DNA of 19,289 nucleotides from Promethearchaeota archaeon (GCA_030599585.1 JAUVNS010000033.1:1-19289); one strand, 5' to 3'. Shown: positions 9,229 to 17,894, numbered from the stretch's first letter. The notes: generated by a model not told the origin, from the sequence alone. Numbers and translations are program-made.

Positions 9229-9348
9229 TTATTTTTCATTTTCGTATTTTATTAAATAAAATTTTGAAAATTTTATTACTGATTTTGTTTTTTCTAAACT
9301 AAGTGAATAATTATTATTTATTACTAAATTTAGGAGATTCATATTATT

Positions 9349-10881
9349 ATGAGCAAAAAAATGAATGTACTTTTTATTATTACGGATCAGCAACGCGCTG
9401 ATATGATGGGTTGTTATGGCAATCAAATAATTAAGACACCAAATTTAGATAGATTTGCTAAAGAAAATGTAAGGTTTTCTAACGCTTACTGCGTATGTCC
9501 TATGTGTATGCCTAATAGAGCCACGATGTTAACTGGTTATTATCCTAACGTCCATGGCGTACGAAGTAATGGGATAAATTTACCGGAAGATGTGCCGACA
9601 ATAACTCAAACGCTTGCAAAAAGAGGGTACCATACCGTCAATGTAGGCAAAACTCATTACAACACGTGGACGCCAAGATACGATCCAAAAACAAAATCGG
9701 CAGAGGATTTCCAAGATTGGAGAACAAAAAACCCTAAAGGTAATTACCTAACGCATGATAATTTTCCAATCCCCTATTATGGGTTTGAGGAAGTCGATTT
9801 AGTTGTAGGACATGGTAACGCATGTATCGGACACTATCTTGAATGGATAGAAGAAAGAGATCCTAAACTTGCGAAAAAAATTGTAGATGAGTATTCAAAT
9901 AAAGTACCTTGTCTCGAAATTTTTTATGAAAGCTGGGTTCCTATAGAGCTTTATAATACAACGTACATTCAAAATAATACAATCTCTTTCTTAGAACGAT
10001 ACTCTAAAGGAATCTATGGAGAAAAACCTTTCTTTTTACATTGCTCTTTTCCTGATCCCCATCAACCAGTCTCACCACCTGGAAGGTATAGAGATATGTA
10101 TAAACCAGAGGACATGGTACTTCCTGATAATTTCCATAATATAAAAAACTTATATAAACACCCTTATTTAAAAAAGCATTTAGAAAAGCCTCCCGCTAGA
10201 GACGCATTATTACGTGAAGAAACAGAAGAAAATATAAGAAAGTTTATCGCTCTCAGTTATGGTTCTGTTTCTTTAATCGATCACGCTGTAGGTCAAATTT
10301 TAGCTTCGTTGGAAAAGTTAGGATTAGCAGATAATACGATGGTGATTTTCACCTCAGATCACGGAGATTACTTGGGAGACCACAGTTTAATATTAAAAGG
10401 AATCTCTCCCTTTAACGGCACTCTACAAGTACCTTTAATTTGGCGGGTTCCTGGCGTTACTAAATCAGCAGTTTCTGATGCGTTAATAAGTTCTGTAGAT
10501 ATACCTAAAACTATTCTTGAGTTATTAGATATCAAGGAAAAACATAGACCACCGGGAATGCAAGGCTATGACATGACACCGGTTTTGAAGGATCCTACAA
10601 TTGATTTACGGGATTCTATTCTAATAACAGAAGACGAAGAAGTAGGTCCGCGAGGACCCTTATTTACGAGAATAGTTCATTTGATCACTAAAGATTTTAA
10701 ATTAACTAAATATGCTGAGCTACCCGGATATGGAGACATTTTTGATCGAAAGAACGACAAGGCCGAATTAAATAATTTATGGGAAAAGGATCAAGAGTTA
10801 AGACTAAAACTATTGGACAAGATGTTCCACGAATATTCCATGACTCGAAGTAGGTTTCCAAAAAGAGATTCAGGATTTTAA
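9349..10881 (+). CDS. Cys-type (formylglycine) sulfatase-family hydrolase, choline-sulfatase/arylsulfatase-like
   Basis: NVLFIITDQQR, CMPNRATMLTG (CxPxR, C53), VGKTH, SFPDPH, FTSDHG, LKG. AGGAG SD upstream; no signal peptide seen. Confidence 0.93.
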   Translation: MSKKMNVLFIITDQQRADMMGCYGNQIIKTPNLDRFAKENVRFSNAYCVCPMCMPNRATMLTGYYPNVHGVRSNGINLPEDVPTITQTLAKRGYHTVNVGKTHYNTWTPRYDPKTKSAEDFQDWRTKNPKGNYLTHDNFPIPYYGFEEVDLVVGHGNACIGHYLEWIEERDPKLAKKIVDEYSNKVPCLEIFYESWVPIELYNTTYIQNNTISFLERYSKGIYGEKPFFLHCSFPDPHQPVSPPGRYRDMYKPEDMVLPDNFHNIKNLYKHPYLKKHLEKPPARDALLREETEENIRKFIALSYGSVSLIDHAVGQILASLEKLGLADNTMVIFTSDHGDYLGDHSLILKGISPFNGTLQVPLIWRVPGVTKSAVSDALISSVDIPKTILELLDIKEKHRPPGMQGYDMTPVLKDPTIDLRDSILITEDEEVGPRGPLFTRIVHLITKDFKLTKYAELPGYGDIFDRKNDKAELNNLWEKDQELRLKLLDKMFHEYSMTRSRFPKRDSGF

Positions 10882-10913
10882 ATTATAGAAAAAAATGAAA
10901 ACTCTGAAAAAAA

Positions 10914-11804
10914 ATGAAGTGGAAAACGAAAATAACTCAGTGTTTTGGAATAGAGTATCCCCTCGTAATGGGAGCTTTTGGTGGATGGGGTAAATCTGAG
11001 TTTGCATCTACTTTTTCAAATTCAGGGGGCTTAGGAATCATTGCTGCATTGAACTTTCCAAATCTGGAAGATTTTCGGAAAGATATACAAAAGATGAAAC
11101 AATTGACTGACAAACCTTTTGGAATTAATCTCTCGTTGCCGCATCATATCTTAAATGATACCGAGGAAGGTAAAAAAACAAAAAAAAGGTATTTAGATTA
11201 CATCGATATCGCCCTCAATGAAAATTGTAGCATCTTTACAACTTCAGGATATAAAGCTTCTTTCATTGGGAAAAGAGTTCATGAAGCAGGTGGATTATGG
11301 TTCCACAAATGCGTTTTAATCAAGCATGCTATTTCAGCAGAAGAAGAAGGTGTAGATGGAGTTACATTAGTAGGTTTAGAAGGAACTGGGTTTAAAAATC
11401 CACAAACAAACTCTACACTGGTAAATATAACCTTAGCAAGAAAAATGCTCAAAATTCCGATCATTGCTGCTGGTGGGATTGGTGATTCAAGAGGTTTTTT
11501 AAGCGCTCTGGCAATGGGAGCTGATGCGGTATGTTTAGGTACAGCCTTAATGATCACTCGTGAATGTCCCGTACCAGAAAGAATTAAGAAAAAATGGCTC
11601 AATTTAGATATCTATGATGAGCAATTTCATGAAAAAATATACAAATATAATGTAAAGAATTTTATGGCGCCTTCGACGGCAATAGGACACCATAATGAGA
11701 TAATCCCTATGAAAACCTTAGTCGAGGAAATGATTAAAAATGCAGAGAATATATTGCTTTCTTGGGGATTTGATAATAACGAAATCAATACACTTCACTT
11801 TTAG
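10914..11804 (+). CDS. Nitronate monooxygenase / FabK-like FMN-dependent oxidoreductase family protein
   Basis: FGIEYPLVMG, GGLGII, TDKPFGINL, IPIIAAGGIGD, LAMGADAVCLGT. GLEGTGF occupies the position of the usual GxEAGGH. Confidence 0.9.
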   Translation: MKWKTKITQCFGIEYPLVMGAFGGWGKSEFASTFSNSGGLGIIAALNFPNLEDFRKDIQKMKQLTDKPFGINLSLPHHILNDTEEGKKTKKRYLDYIDIALNENCSIFTTSGYKASFIGKRVHEAGGLWFHKCVLIKHAISAEEEGVDGVTLVGLEGTGFKNPQTNSTLVNITLARKMLKIPIIAAGGIGDSRGFLSALAMGADAVCLGTALMITRECPVPERIKKKWLNLDIYDEQFHEKIYKYNVKNFMAPSTAIGHHNEIIPMKTLVEEMIKNAENILLSWGFDNNEINTLHF

Positions 11805-11837
11805 TATTGAGAATACATTGTAGGTTGGTTAAAGCCA

Positions 11838-11999
11838 ATGAAAAGCGATAAGAAAAAAGAAAAATCCAAGCTTGACGACGAAGAATTAGAGAAGATTTTC
11901 GAGTCAACATGGAAAAATTGGGAATCCCGTAGAAAGTGTGAGCAGACTCATACACCAGAGTATATTAAAAGAAAAAATAAAAAGAATCACACTAAATAA
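11838..11999 (+). CDS. Small Lys/Glu-rich hypothetical protein (53 aa)
   Basis: Hand translation: MKSDKKKEKSKLDDEELEKIFESTWKNWESRRKCEQTHTPEYIKRKNKKNHTK*. ATG 33 nt after the NMO stop, with AGGTTGG upstream; fills the otherwise empty gap. Confidence 0.5.
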   Translation: MKSDKKKEKSKLDDEELEKIFESTWKNWESRRKCEQTHTPEYIKRKNKKNHTK

Positions 12000-12165
12000 C
12001 CGTTTTCTTCAAATCTTCTTGAAATTTTCCTGTTCTTCGCCATTTTTTATATTAATAATTAAAATTCAAAAAATTTATAGGAATTAGGCTAATAGATAGA
12101 ATATTAGTTATATATAGATAATAAAAAATCTACAAAAAATTATAACAATTTAAAGTGAAAAAAAA

Positions 12166-14268
12166 ATGGCAGTAGCGTTTTTAATAGTATCTTTAATCGC
12201 AGGAATAATTTCTATCGGAATGGCAATGTATTTTAGAATGCTAGTCTTGAAAGAGGATCCTGGGAATGAAAAAATGGTTACGGTTGCTGGATATATAGAA
12301 GATGGCGCAAAATCGTACATCAAGGTACAATACATGGTTTTAAGTATTTTTGTTGGAGCATTATTTTTAGTAATTCTCTTCTTATTACCTTCTCCATTAG
12401 CACCTGGCGAACGATATGCTGTATGGTTCAATTGGGAACAAGCTGTAGCATATGCTATCGGGTCCGCAGGATCCATGGTTGCGGGATATTTAGGCTTATA
12501 TGTTGGCGTAAAAGCTAATACCAGAGCAGCTCAAGCTTGTACAGTAGGCACGAAAGAAGGGTTTAATGTTGCTTTTTTCGGTGGAGCAGTAATGGGATTA
12601 GCTGTTGTAGGCGTAGCCCTCATCGGAGTTTCACTATTGTATATGGTGTTTAGAACACCGTTAATAATTCTTGGGTTTAGTTTTGGAGCAAGCAGTATCG
12701 CACTATTTATGAAATGTGGTGGTGGTATTTTTACCAAAACTGCAGATGTGGGAGCTGATCTCGTAGGAAAAGCAGAATATAATTTACCCGAAGACGATCC
12801 AAGAAATCCTGCAACTATAGCTGATAATGTCGGAGATAACGTTGGTGATATCGCTGGGATGGGTTCTGACTTATTTGATTCATATGTAGCGTCTATCGTT
12901 GCCTCAATGATGCTCGCAGCCTCAATAGCTTTAATTACTGGTATAGATATTACTCTAGACCCTATATTACGGATTACCCTTGTCATTACACCTGTTGTTT
13001 TATGCGGAGTTGGGTTAATTGCTTCTCTCATTGGGATTTTTATCATTAAATATAGAAAAGCAGAAAATCCAGGAAAAGCTCTGAATAATGGAACGTATTA
13101 TGCAACACTGATTTTTGCTGGTATTGCCGCTCTATTTACGTGGTTAATGTCCCTTGAATTAAACGAGGAAGGGGCTCTATTATTATGGAGGATTTACTTT
13201 GCTGTTTTAATCGGACTTGCATCTGGTATTGTAATGGGCTTTACAAGCGATTACTTCACCCGTGAAGATAAGAAACCGACTAAAAACATTGCAAACGCAG
13301 CAAAAGAGGGTCACGCTGTAGTTATCTTAAGTGGTTTTTCATACGGACTCCTCAGCGTAGTTCCTCCAACTCTTGGTATTATCGTAGCAATGTCAGTATC
13401 CTATCTTCTTGCTGGAGTGTTTGGAGTTGCAATGGCAGCAGTAGGTATGTTAGCAATTGTTGGTACAATCGTATCTAATGATGCATTCGGACCTATCGTT
13501 GATAATGCTCGGGCAATCGCTGAACAAGGTGAATTGGGAGATGATGTGATCCGAACCGCAGATCATTTGGATTCTGCTGGAAATACAGCTAAGGCTATCA
13601 CCAAAGGGTTCGCAATTGGAGCCGCTAATTTGACAGTTTTTGCATTATTATTCTCTTTTGCTGAAGAATCAGGGATTACAGTGGTGGATTTATTGAAAAT
13701 AGAAGTGCTTATTGGAGCTTTCATTGGTGTGGTTGTGCCTGCTCTTTTCTCAGCATTATTAGTTTTAGCAGTTCAAAGAAATGCAGCAAAAATGGTTGAT
13801 GAGATTCGAAGACAATTTGAAGAAAACCCAAAAATTCTTACTGGTGAAGAACCTGCTAATTTCAAGAGGACAATTGACATAGCAACGAAAGGCTCTCTAC
13901 GGGAATTAATCATACCAAGTATAATCTCAATAACCGTTCCTATTGGTGTTGGTATTTTATTTGGCGTAGCTTCCTTAGCGGCATTTCTAGCAGGTGCTAT
14001 ATTATCAGGTTTCGTATTCGCAGTGTTCATGAGCAATAGTGGTGGGGCATGGGATAATGCAAAAAAATGGATTGAAGATGGCAACTTAGGAGGCAAAGGA
14101 ACTGAAGTACATAAAGCATCAATTACTGGTGATACGGTGGGAGATCCTTTCAAGGATACCGCAGGTCCAAGCATCAATACATTGTTAGTAGTAATGAGCT
14201 TAACAGCATCAATGTTTATGGGTTTAATCTTACTATTTAATGGCGGATTAGGTCTAATAACATTCTAA
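12166..14268 (+). CDS. hppA: Membrane-bound ion-translocating pyrophosphatase, K+-independent type
   Basis: GGGIFTKTADVGADLVGKAE, EDDPRNPATIADNVGDNVGD, DAFGPIVDNA, GNTAKAITKG (Lys determinant K476), GGAWDNAKK, GDTVGDPFKDTAGPS; many TM segments. Confidence 0.97.
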   Translation: MAVAFLIVSLIAGIISIGMAMYFRMLVLKEDPGNEKMVTVAGYIEDGAKSYIKVQYMVLSIFVGALFLVILFLLPSPLAPGERYAVWFNWEQAVAYAIGSAGSMVAGYLGLYVGVKANTRAAQACTVGTKEGFNVAFFGGAVMGLAVVGVALIGVSLLYMVFRTPLIILGFSFGASSIALFMKCGGGIFTKTADVGADLVGKAEYNLPEDDPRNPATIADNVGDNVGDIAGMGSDLFDSYVASIVASMMLAASIALITGIDITLDPILRITLVITPVVLCGVGLIASLIGIFIIKYRKAENPGKALNNGTYYATLIFAGIAALFTWLMSLELNEEGALLLWRIYFAVLIGLASGIVMGFTSDYFTREDKKPTKNIANAAKEGHAVVILSGFSYGLLSVVPPTLGIIVAMSVSYLLAGVFGVAMAAVGMLAIVGTIVSNDAFGPIVDNARAIAEQGELGDDVIRTADHLDSAGNTAKAITKGFAIGAANLTVFALLFSFAEESGITVVDLLKIEVLIGAFIGVVVPALFSALLVLAVQRNAAKMVDEIRRQFEENPKILTGEEPANFKRTIDIATKGSLRELIIPSIISITVPIGVGILFGVASLAAFLAGAILSGFVFAVFMSNSGGAWDNAKKWIEDGNLGGKGTEVHKASITGDTVGDPFKDTAGPSINTLLVVMSLTASMFMGLILLFNGGLGLITF

Positions 14269-14298
14269 TACAAGCTACAAGTTAAAAATAACATAAAA

Positions 14299-14312
14299 TT
14301 TTTTCTTTTTTT
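14299..14312 (+). terminator. T-rich terminator after hppA
   Basis: TTTTTTCTTTTTTT about 30 nt after the stop codon. Confidence 0.45.
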
Positions 14313-14419
14313 ATAATTAATGTGTTCCTAGTAATAGCTATCAATGGATAAATTGACATTAAAATCGAAAAACATTATTTAAAATTGAGTATTTAGTCTA
14401 TTATTTAAACTATTAATTC

Positions 14420-15751
14420 TTGGATTTGGACTCACCTATGGCTGATAGAAAATTCCTTAACAAAGAAGAACACGCTGATATCTTGAGAAATTATTCTATC
14501 GATCCGAGAAAAGCAATGTTTACTATCATCCTAAGTATTATGGTGGATGTTTTCGGATATAGTATGGTATTGCCACTTTTACCTAAAATTGTATCAGATT
14601 TTGGCTATTCACCTATTTTTGTAGGTATAATTATATCCTCAAATGCAATATCTACTTTTATATTCGGACCAATTTGGGGAAGACTATCAGATAAATACGG
14701 TCGTAAGCCAATATTACTAATTTCTCAGGCAGGAACTGGTATTTCATTTTTAATCTTAGCCTTATCTCCAAACATTTATGTTATACTTTTTTCAAGAATT
14801 TTAGATGGAGTATTTGGAGGACAAATTCCAGTTATACGTGCTTACATTTCCGATATCACTACACCAGCAACACGTGCTTCTGAAATGGGCAAATTAATGA
14901 TAGGACATACCGTAGGGATGGTTTTTGGACCACTTATCGGAGGTTTTTTAGGAGAAATCGATTGGAGATACCCTGCTCTAATCGCAGTTCTTTTGTCCAT
15001 AATTGCAATTACCTTAACAATAAGAGTATTAATAGAGAGCATGCCCAAAGATCGAATCTCTGATCTTAAACTACGAAAAAAAACACGAGAATTGTCTTCA
15101 GAGAAAAAAGAGAATACCTTTACAAGAGAAATTATCGGTCGTTTTGCTCAAATTTTCTTATTATTTTTTATTACAGTTATGTTTAATTCGAGCATGGCTT
15201 TAATTCTTATGGAAAGGTATGGAGCTTCCCCAATCATTATTGGGCTTGTTATGACTCTTGCTGGTGTAACAATCATGATATACGGGGGTTTTCTTATGAA
15301 ACCGCTCTTTAAGAAAGTAGGAGAAAAGAGAATTTTATTGATTGCTTCGATTCTTCTTGTTGTAAATTTTGCAGTCTTCCCTTTTATGACGGAATTGTGG
15401 ATGATTTTTGCTTTCATTCCATCGTTCGTATTCAGTATGGTGTTTTTACCCTCTTTAATACAGAGCAATATTACTAAAGCAGTGGATGCTGATAAACAAG
15501 GTTTAGTGAGCGGAATGACGACCAATGTTCAGTCAATCGCACAAATAATTGCACCTTTAATTGCAACAGGGTTCATAGAAATAGGAGGATTAACTATAGG
15601 TATGATCTTTTTAAACCAATACGAACTTATAGGTTATTTGGCAGTTATATTAGGGATTGGGCTCTTCGTAATCTTATTCTTTGATTTAAAACGACATTCC
15701 TATCTCTTTTCTTACGAAAAACCACAAAAAGAATCTGTTGGATCGGACTAA
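14420..15751 (+). CDS. MFS transporter, TetA/DHA1-like
   Basis: Motif A WGRLSDKYGRK, SRILDG, AYISDIT, GPLIGGFL; about 12 TM. The start may be the ATG at 14438. Confidence 0.92.
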   Translation: MDLDSPMADRKFLNKEEHADILRNYSIDPRKAMFTIILSIMVDVFGYSMVLPLLPKIVSDFGYSPIFVGIIISSNAISTFIFGPIWGRLSDKYGRKPILLISQAGTGISFLILALSPNIYVILFSRILDGVFGGQIPVIRAYISDITTPATRASEMGKLMIGHTVGMVFGPLIGGFLGEIDWRYPALIAVLLSIIAITLTIRVLIESMPKDRISDLKLRKKTRELSSEKKENTFTREIIGRFAQIFLLFFITVMFNSSMALILMERYGASPIIIGLVMTLAGVTIMIYGGFLMKPLFKKVGEKRILLIASILLVVNFAVFPFMTELWMIFAFIPSFVFSMVFLPSLIQSNITKAVDADKQGLVSGMTTNVQSIAQIIAPLIATGFIEIGGLTIGMIFLNQYELIGYLAVILGIGLFVILFFDLKRHSYLFSYEKPQKESVGSD

Positions 15752-15808
15752 TTCAAAATAGAAAATTACACCTAACCCATTTTAATTCTAAGTAACATTT
15801 ACTATTCT

Positions 15809-16576
15809 ATGTCGAAATTCCTTATAAGTTCGATTGAGCAAAATTTAAACGAGTTCTATTTAAAGTGCTCAAGACATTTCAATTTTGAATCTATGTATAC
15901 TGATAAACTAAAATGGGTAAGGGCAAAAACTGCAGATTGGCCATGTTGCATATTTCAAGCAAACTTTAATGATTCCGATATTCATCTCGAAATTGAACAA
16001 GTTAAAAGCTTGATTCAATCAGGTAAGGCACCAGATGGTTGGACTGTGGGGCCCTTAACCAAACCTGAAAATCTCGGTAAATTACTTTTGAAACATAATT
16101 TTTCAGATGTATTTCACCAAGCAGGGATGGCACTCAACTTGTCTAAATTAAATAATTTAACAAGTAATAACACTGCTTTAGTTGTAAAAAAGGTTGAAAG
16201 CGAAGAAGAATTAAACAAATGGTCTAAAATTGTTTCAGTAGTGTTTCACATAAAAGTTGACCATGAATTATTAGAATTTTTACGAGTTCAGGGCGAAGTA
16301 TCATTTTATGTAGGTATTTTTAATGAAAAATATGTCTCGGCATTATTACTTTATCTCATTCCAGGAATTGCTGGAATTCACGCAGTCAGTACATTACCAG
16401 ACTATAGAAACAAAAGTTTTGCTCTCACGATGAGTAATAGAGCATTGATTGATGCACGCGATCTAGGATATAAATATGGAGTTCTGCAAGCTTCCTCAAT
16501 GGGTCAATTTGTTTACAAAAAATTAGGATTTAAAAAATATTGCGATATAATCACTTATTCCTTAAGTGGGGAATAA
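15809..16576 (+). CDS. GNAT family N-acetyltransferase
   Basis: C-terminal GNAT domain: AGIHAVSTLPDYRNKSFA (acetyl-CoA loop) and LQASSMGQFVYKKLGF. Confidence 0.88.
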   Translation: MSKFLISSIEQNLNEFYLKCSRHFNFESMYTDKLKWVRAKTADWPCCIFQANFNDSDIHLEIEQVKSLIQSGKAPDGWTVGPLTKPENLGKLLLKHNFSDVFHQAGMALNLSKLNNLTSNNTALVVKKVESEEELNKWSKIVSVVFHIKVDHELLEFLRVQGEVSFYVGIFNEKYVSALLLYLIPGIAGIHAVSTLPDYRNKSFALTMSNRALIDARDLGYKYGVLQASSMGQFVYKKLGFKKYCDIITYSLSGE

Positions 16577-16639
16577 ATAGGTAGAATACCTAATCTTAAA
16601 ACAATCACATATTTATTTCATTTTATCTTTTATAGATTT

Positions 16640-16967
16640 GACACATGAGAATTGGGGCTGACGGTGAACTTGATTCGCTGAGGAACCTCGCCTCACATTT
16701 CCAAACTAGGAGTAGATAACTATTACGGTGAAAACCGTATTTTAGCAACTGAAACGACACTGCCCTTTTACGCATATTAATGACTTGGGATTAAGCCAGA
16801 GAAATTGTAATCGGGAACGGTTGGAACGAGCTAAAACCTGGGTGCAAGGCCAAATGAAAGCGATGAGGATTTGGAACGAGCTTTAGGTAGGCCGCTTAGT
16901 TTGATGCCCCGACCATTATTTGGTGACAAATAACGGAACAAAAAGGCGGGTATAAATCTCAGGTGTC
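16640..16967 (+). ncRNA. rnpB: RNase P RNA, archaeal type A
   Basis: Folded by hand. P1 GACACaUGAGA/UCUCAgGUGUC; P2 GGGGC/GCCCC; P3 CGGUGAA/UUCGCUG; CR-I GAGGAACCUCGCCU pairing with CR-V ACAAAAAGGCGGGUA (P4, bulged U); P6 UUCCAAA/UUUGGAA; P7 CUAGG/CCUGG; short P8; P9 UACGGU-GAAA-ACCGUA; P10/11 UUUUAGC/GCUAAAA; CR-II GCAACUGAAAC; GGUGCAAGGCCAAA; P15 GGCC/GGCC; P16 AAAGC/GCUUU; P19 UUAUUUG-GUGA-CAAAUAA; no P18. Confidence 0.96.
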
Positions 16968-16985
16968 TTTTTTTCCCTTTTTTTT
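16968..16985 (+). terminator. Oligo-T terminator of rnpB
   Basis: TTTTTTTCCCTTTTTTTT immediately after the 3' strand of P1. Confidence 0.7.
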
Positions 16986-17063
16986 AAATTAATGTTTCTA
17001 AATAAGCATTAATAAACATAAAAAAACATGAAAAAGCAATAAAAATTGAATAGATATTAGACC

Positions 17064-17894
17064 TTAAGATGCTTCTGTGTTTTCAATAAGTTTTAGTTCT
17101 TTCTCGCTTAGAATAATTTCTGCCGCTTTCGCGTTAGCTTCCACATGTTCGATTTTAAATGCTTTAGGTATAGCAATAACATTTTTATGGTTTATTAGCC
17201 ATGCTACAGCAATCTGTTGAATTGTAGCATCATGTGCTTTAGCTACACTATTTAATTTATCCCTCATCTCTCCTTCTAAATTGGAATAACCTTTGTGTCC
17301 GAGAGGGCTATAAGCCGTTAAAGTCACTTTATTTTTTTGATAGTATGGTAACGACTCAGATACATGGTTTTGCTTAGTGATATTTGCGTGTAATTGATTC
17401 GCTACTAAATCAGTATTAAGAAAGCTTACGCTTTCCTTGAACTGGTCAACTGAGAAATTACTTACTCCTACATACCTCGTTTTACCTTCTTTTACTAAAT
17501 GATCCAATATCTTCATTTGTTTTTCCCTTGAAGTGAAAGGGGAAGGCCAATGTATTAAGTACAGATCGAAATTTTTAATTCCTAAGCGCTTTAAACTTTT
17601 ACTAGCGGCTTTTTTCATCGTTCTCAAACTCATGTGCATCGGAAATAACTTGCTTGTGATAAATAAATCATCTCTGTTATATTCAGAAATTAAGTCACCG
17701 ACTATTTTTTCGGAAGTGCCAAACCCATAGACTTCAGCAGTATCTATGTGTGTCATACCTAATTCTATCCCCCGCCTTAATGAGTTTTTCCATGATTCGT
17801 AATAGTCTTTTCCCTTTCTGCTTTTAATTCCCCACGTACCTTGACCAAGGATAGGGATTTTTTCCCCTGTTTTTCCTAATTCAACTTTCCTCAT
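17064..17894 (-). CDS. Aldo/keto reductase
   Basis: LGQGTW, IDTAEVYG (catalytic D, Y), ITSKL (K), DLYLIHWP (H), VGVSNF, AYSPLG, AIPKA. Confidence 0.95.
   Translation of the reverse strand: MRKVELGKTGEKIPILGQGTWGIKSRKGKDYYESWKNSLRRGIELGMTHIDTAEVYGFGTSEKIVGDLISEYNRDDLFITSKLFPMHMSLRTMKKAASKSLKRLGIKNFDLYLIHWPSPFTSREKQMKILDHLVKEGKTRYVGVSNFSVDQFKESVSFLNTDLVANQLHANITKQNHVSESLPYYQKNKVTLTAYSPLGHKGYSNLEGEMRDKLNSVAKAHDATIQQIAVAWLINHKNVIAIPKAFKIEHVEANAKAAEIILSEKELKLIENTEAS

Noticed and set aside
16640-16967. GC-richer structured intergenic region as a riboswitch, CRISPR or novel ncRNA
   Set aside because: Fully explained by the RNase P RNA helices and conserved regions.
479-17730. Short antisense/shadow ORFs in the track (479-664, 3103-3330, 5364-5546, 7284-7583, 7755-7946, 8488-8682, 9229-9426, 11279-11602, 12150-12476, 12531-13046, 13773-14177, 14842-15048, 15148-15525, 17533-17730)
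   Set aside because: They lie opposite well-supported genes (or in an AT-rich spacer) and show no recognisable motifs; consistent with shadow frames.
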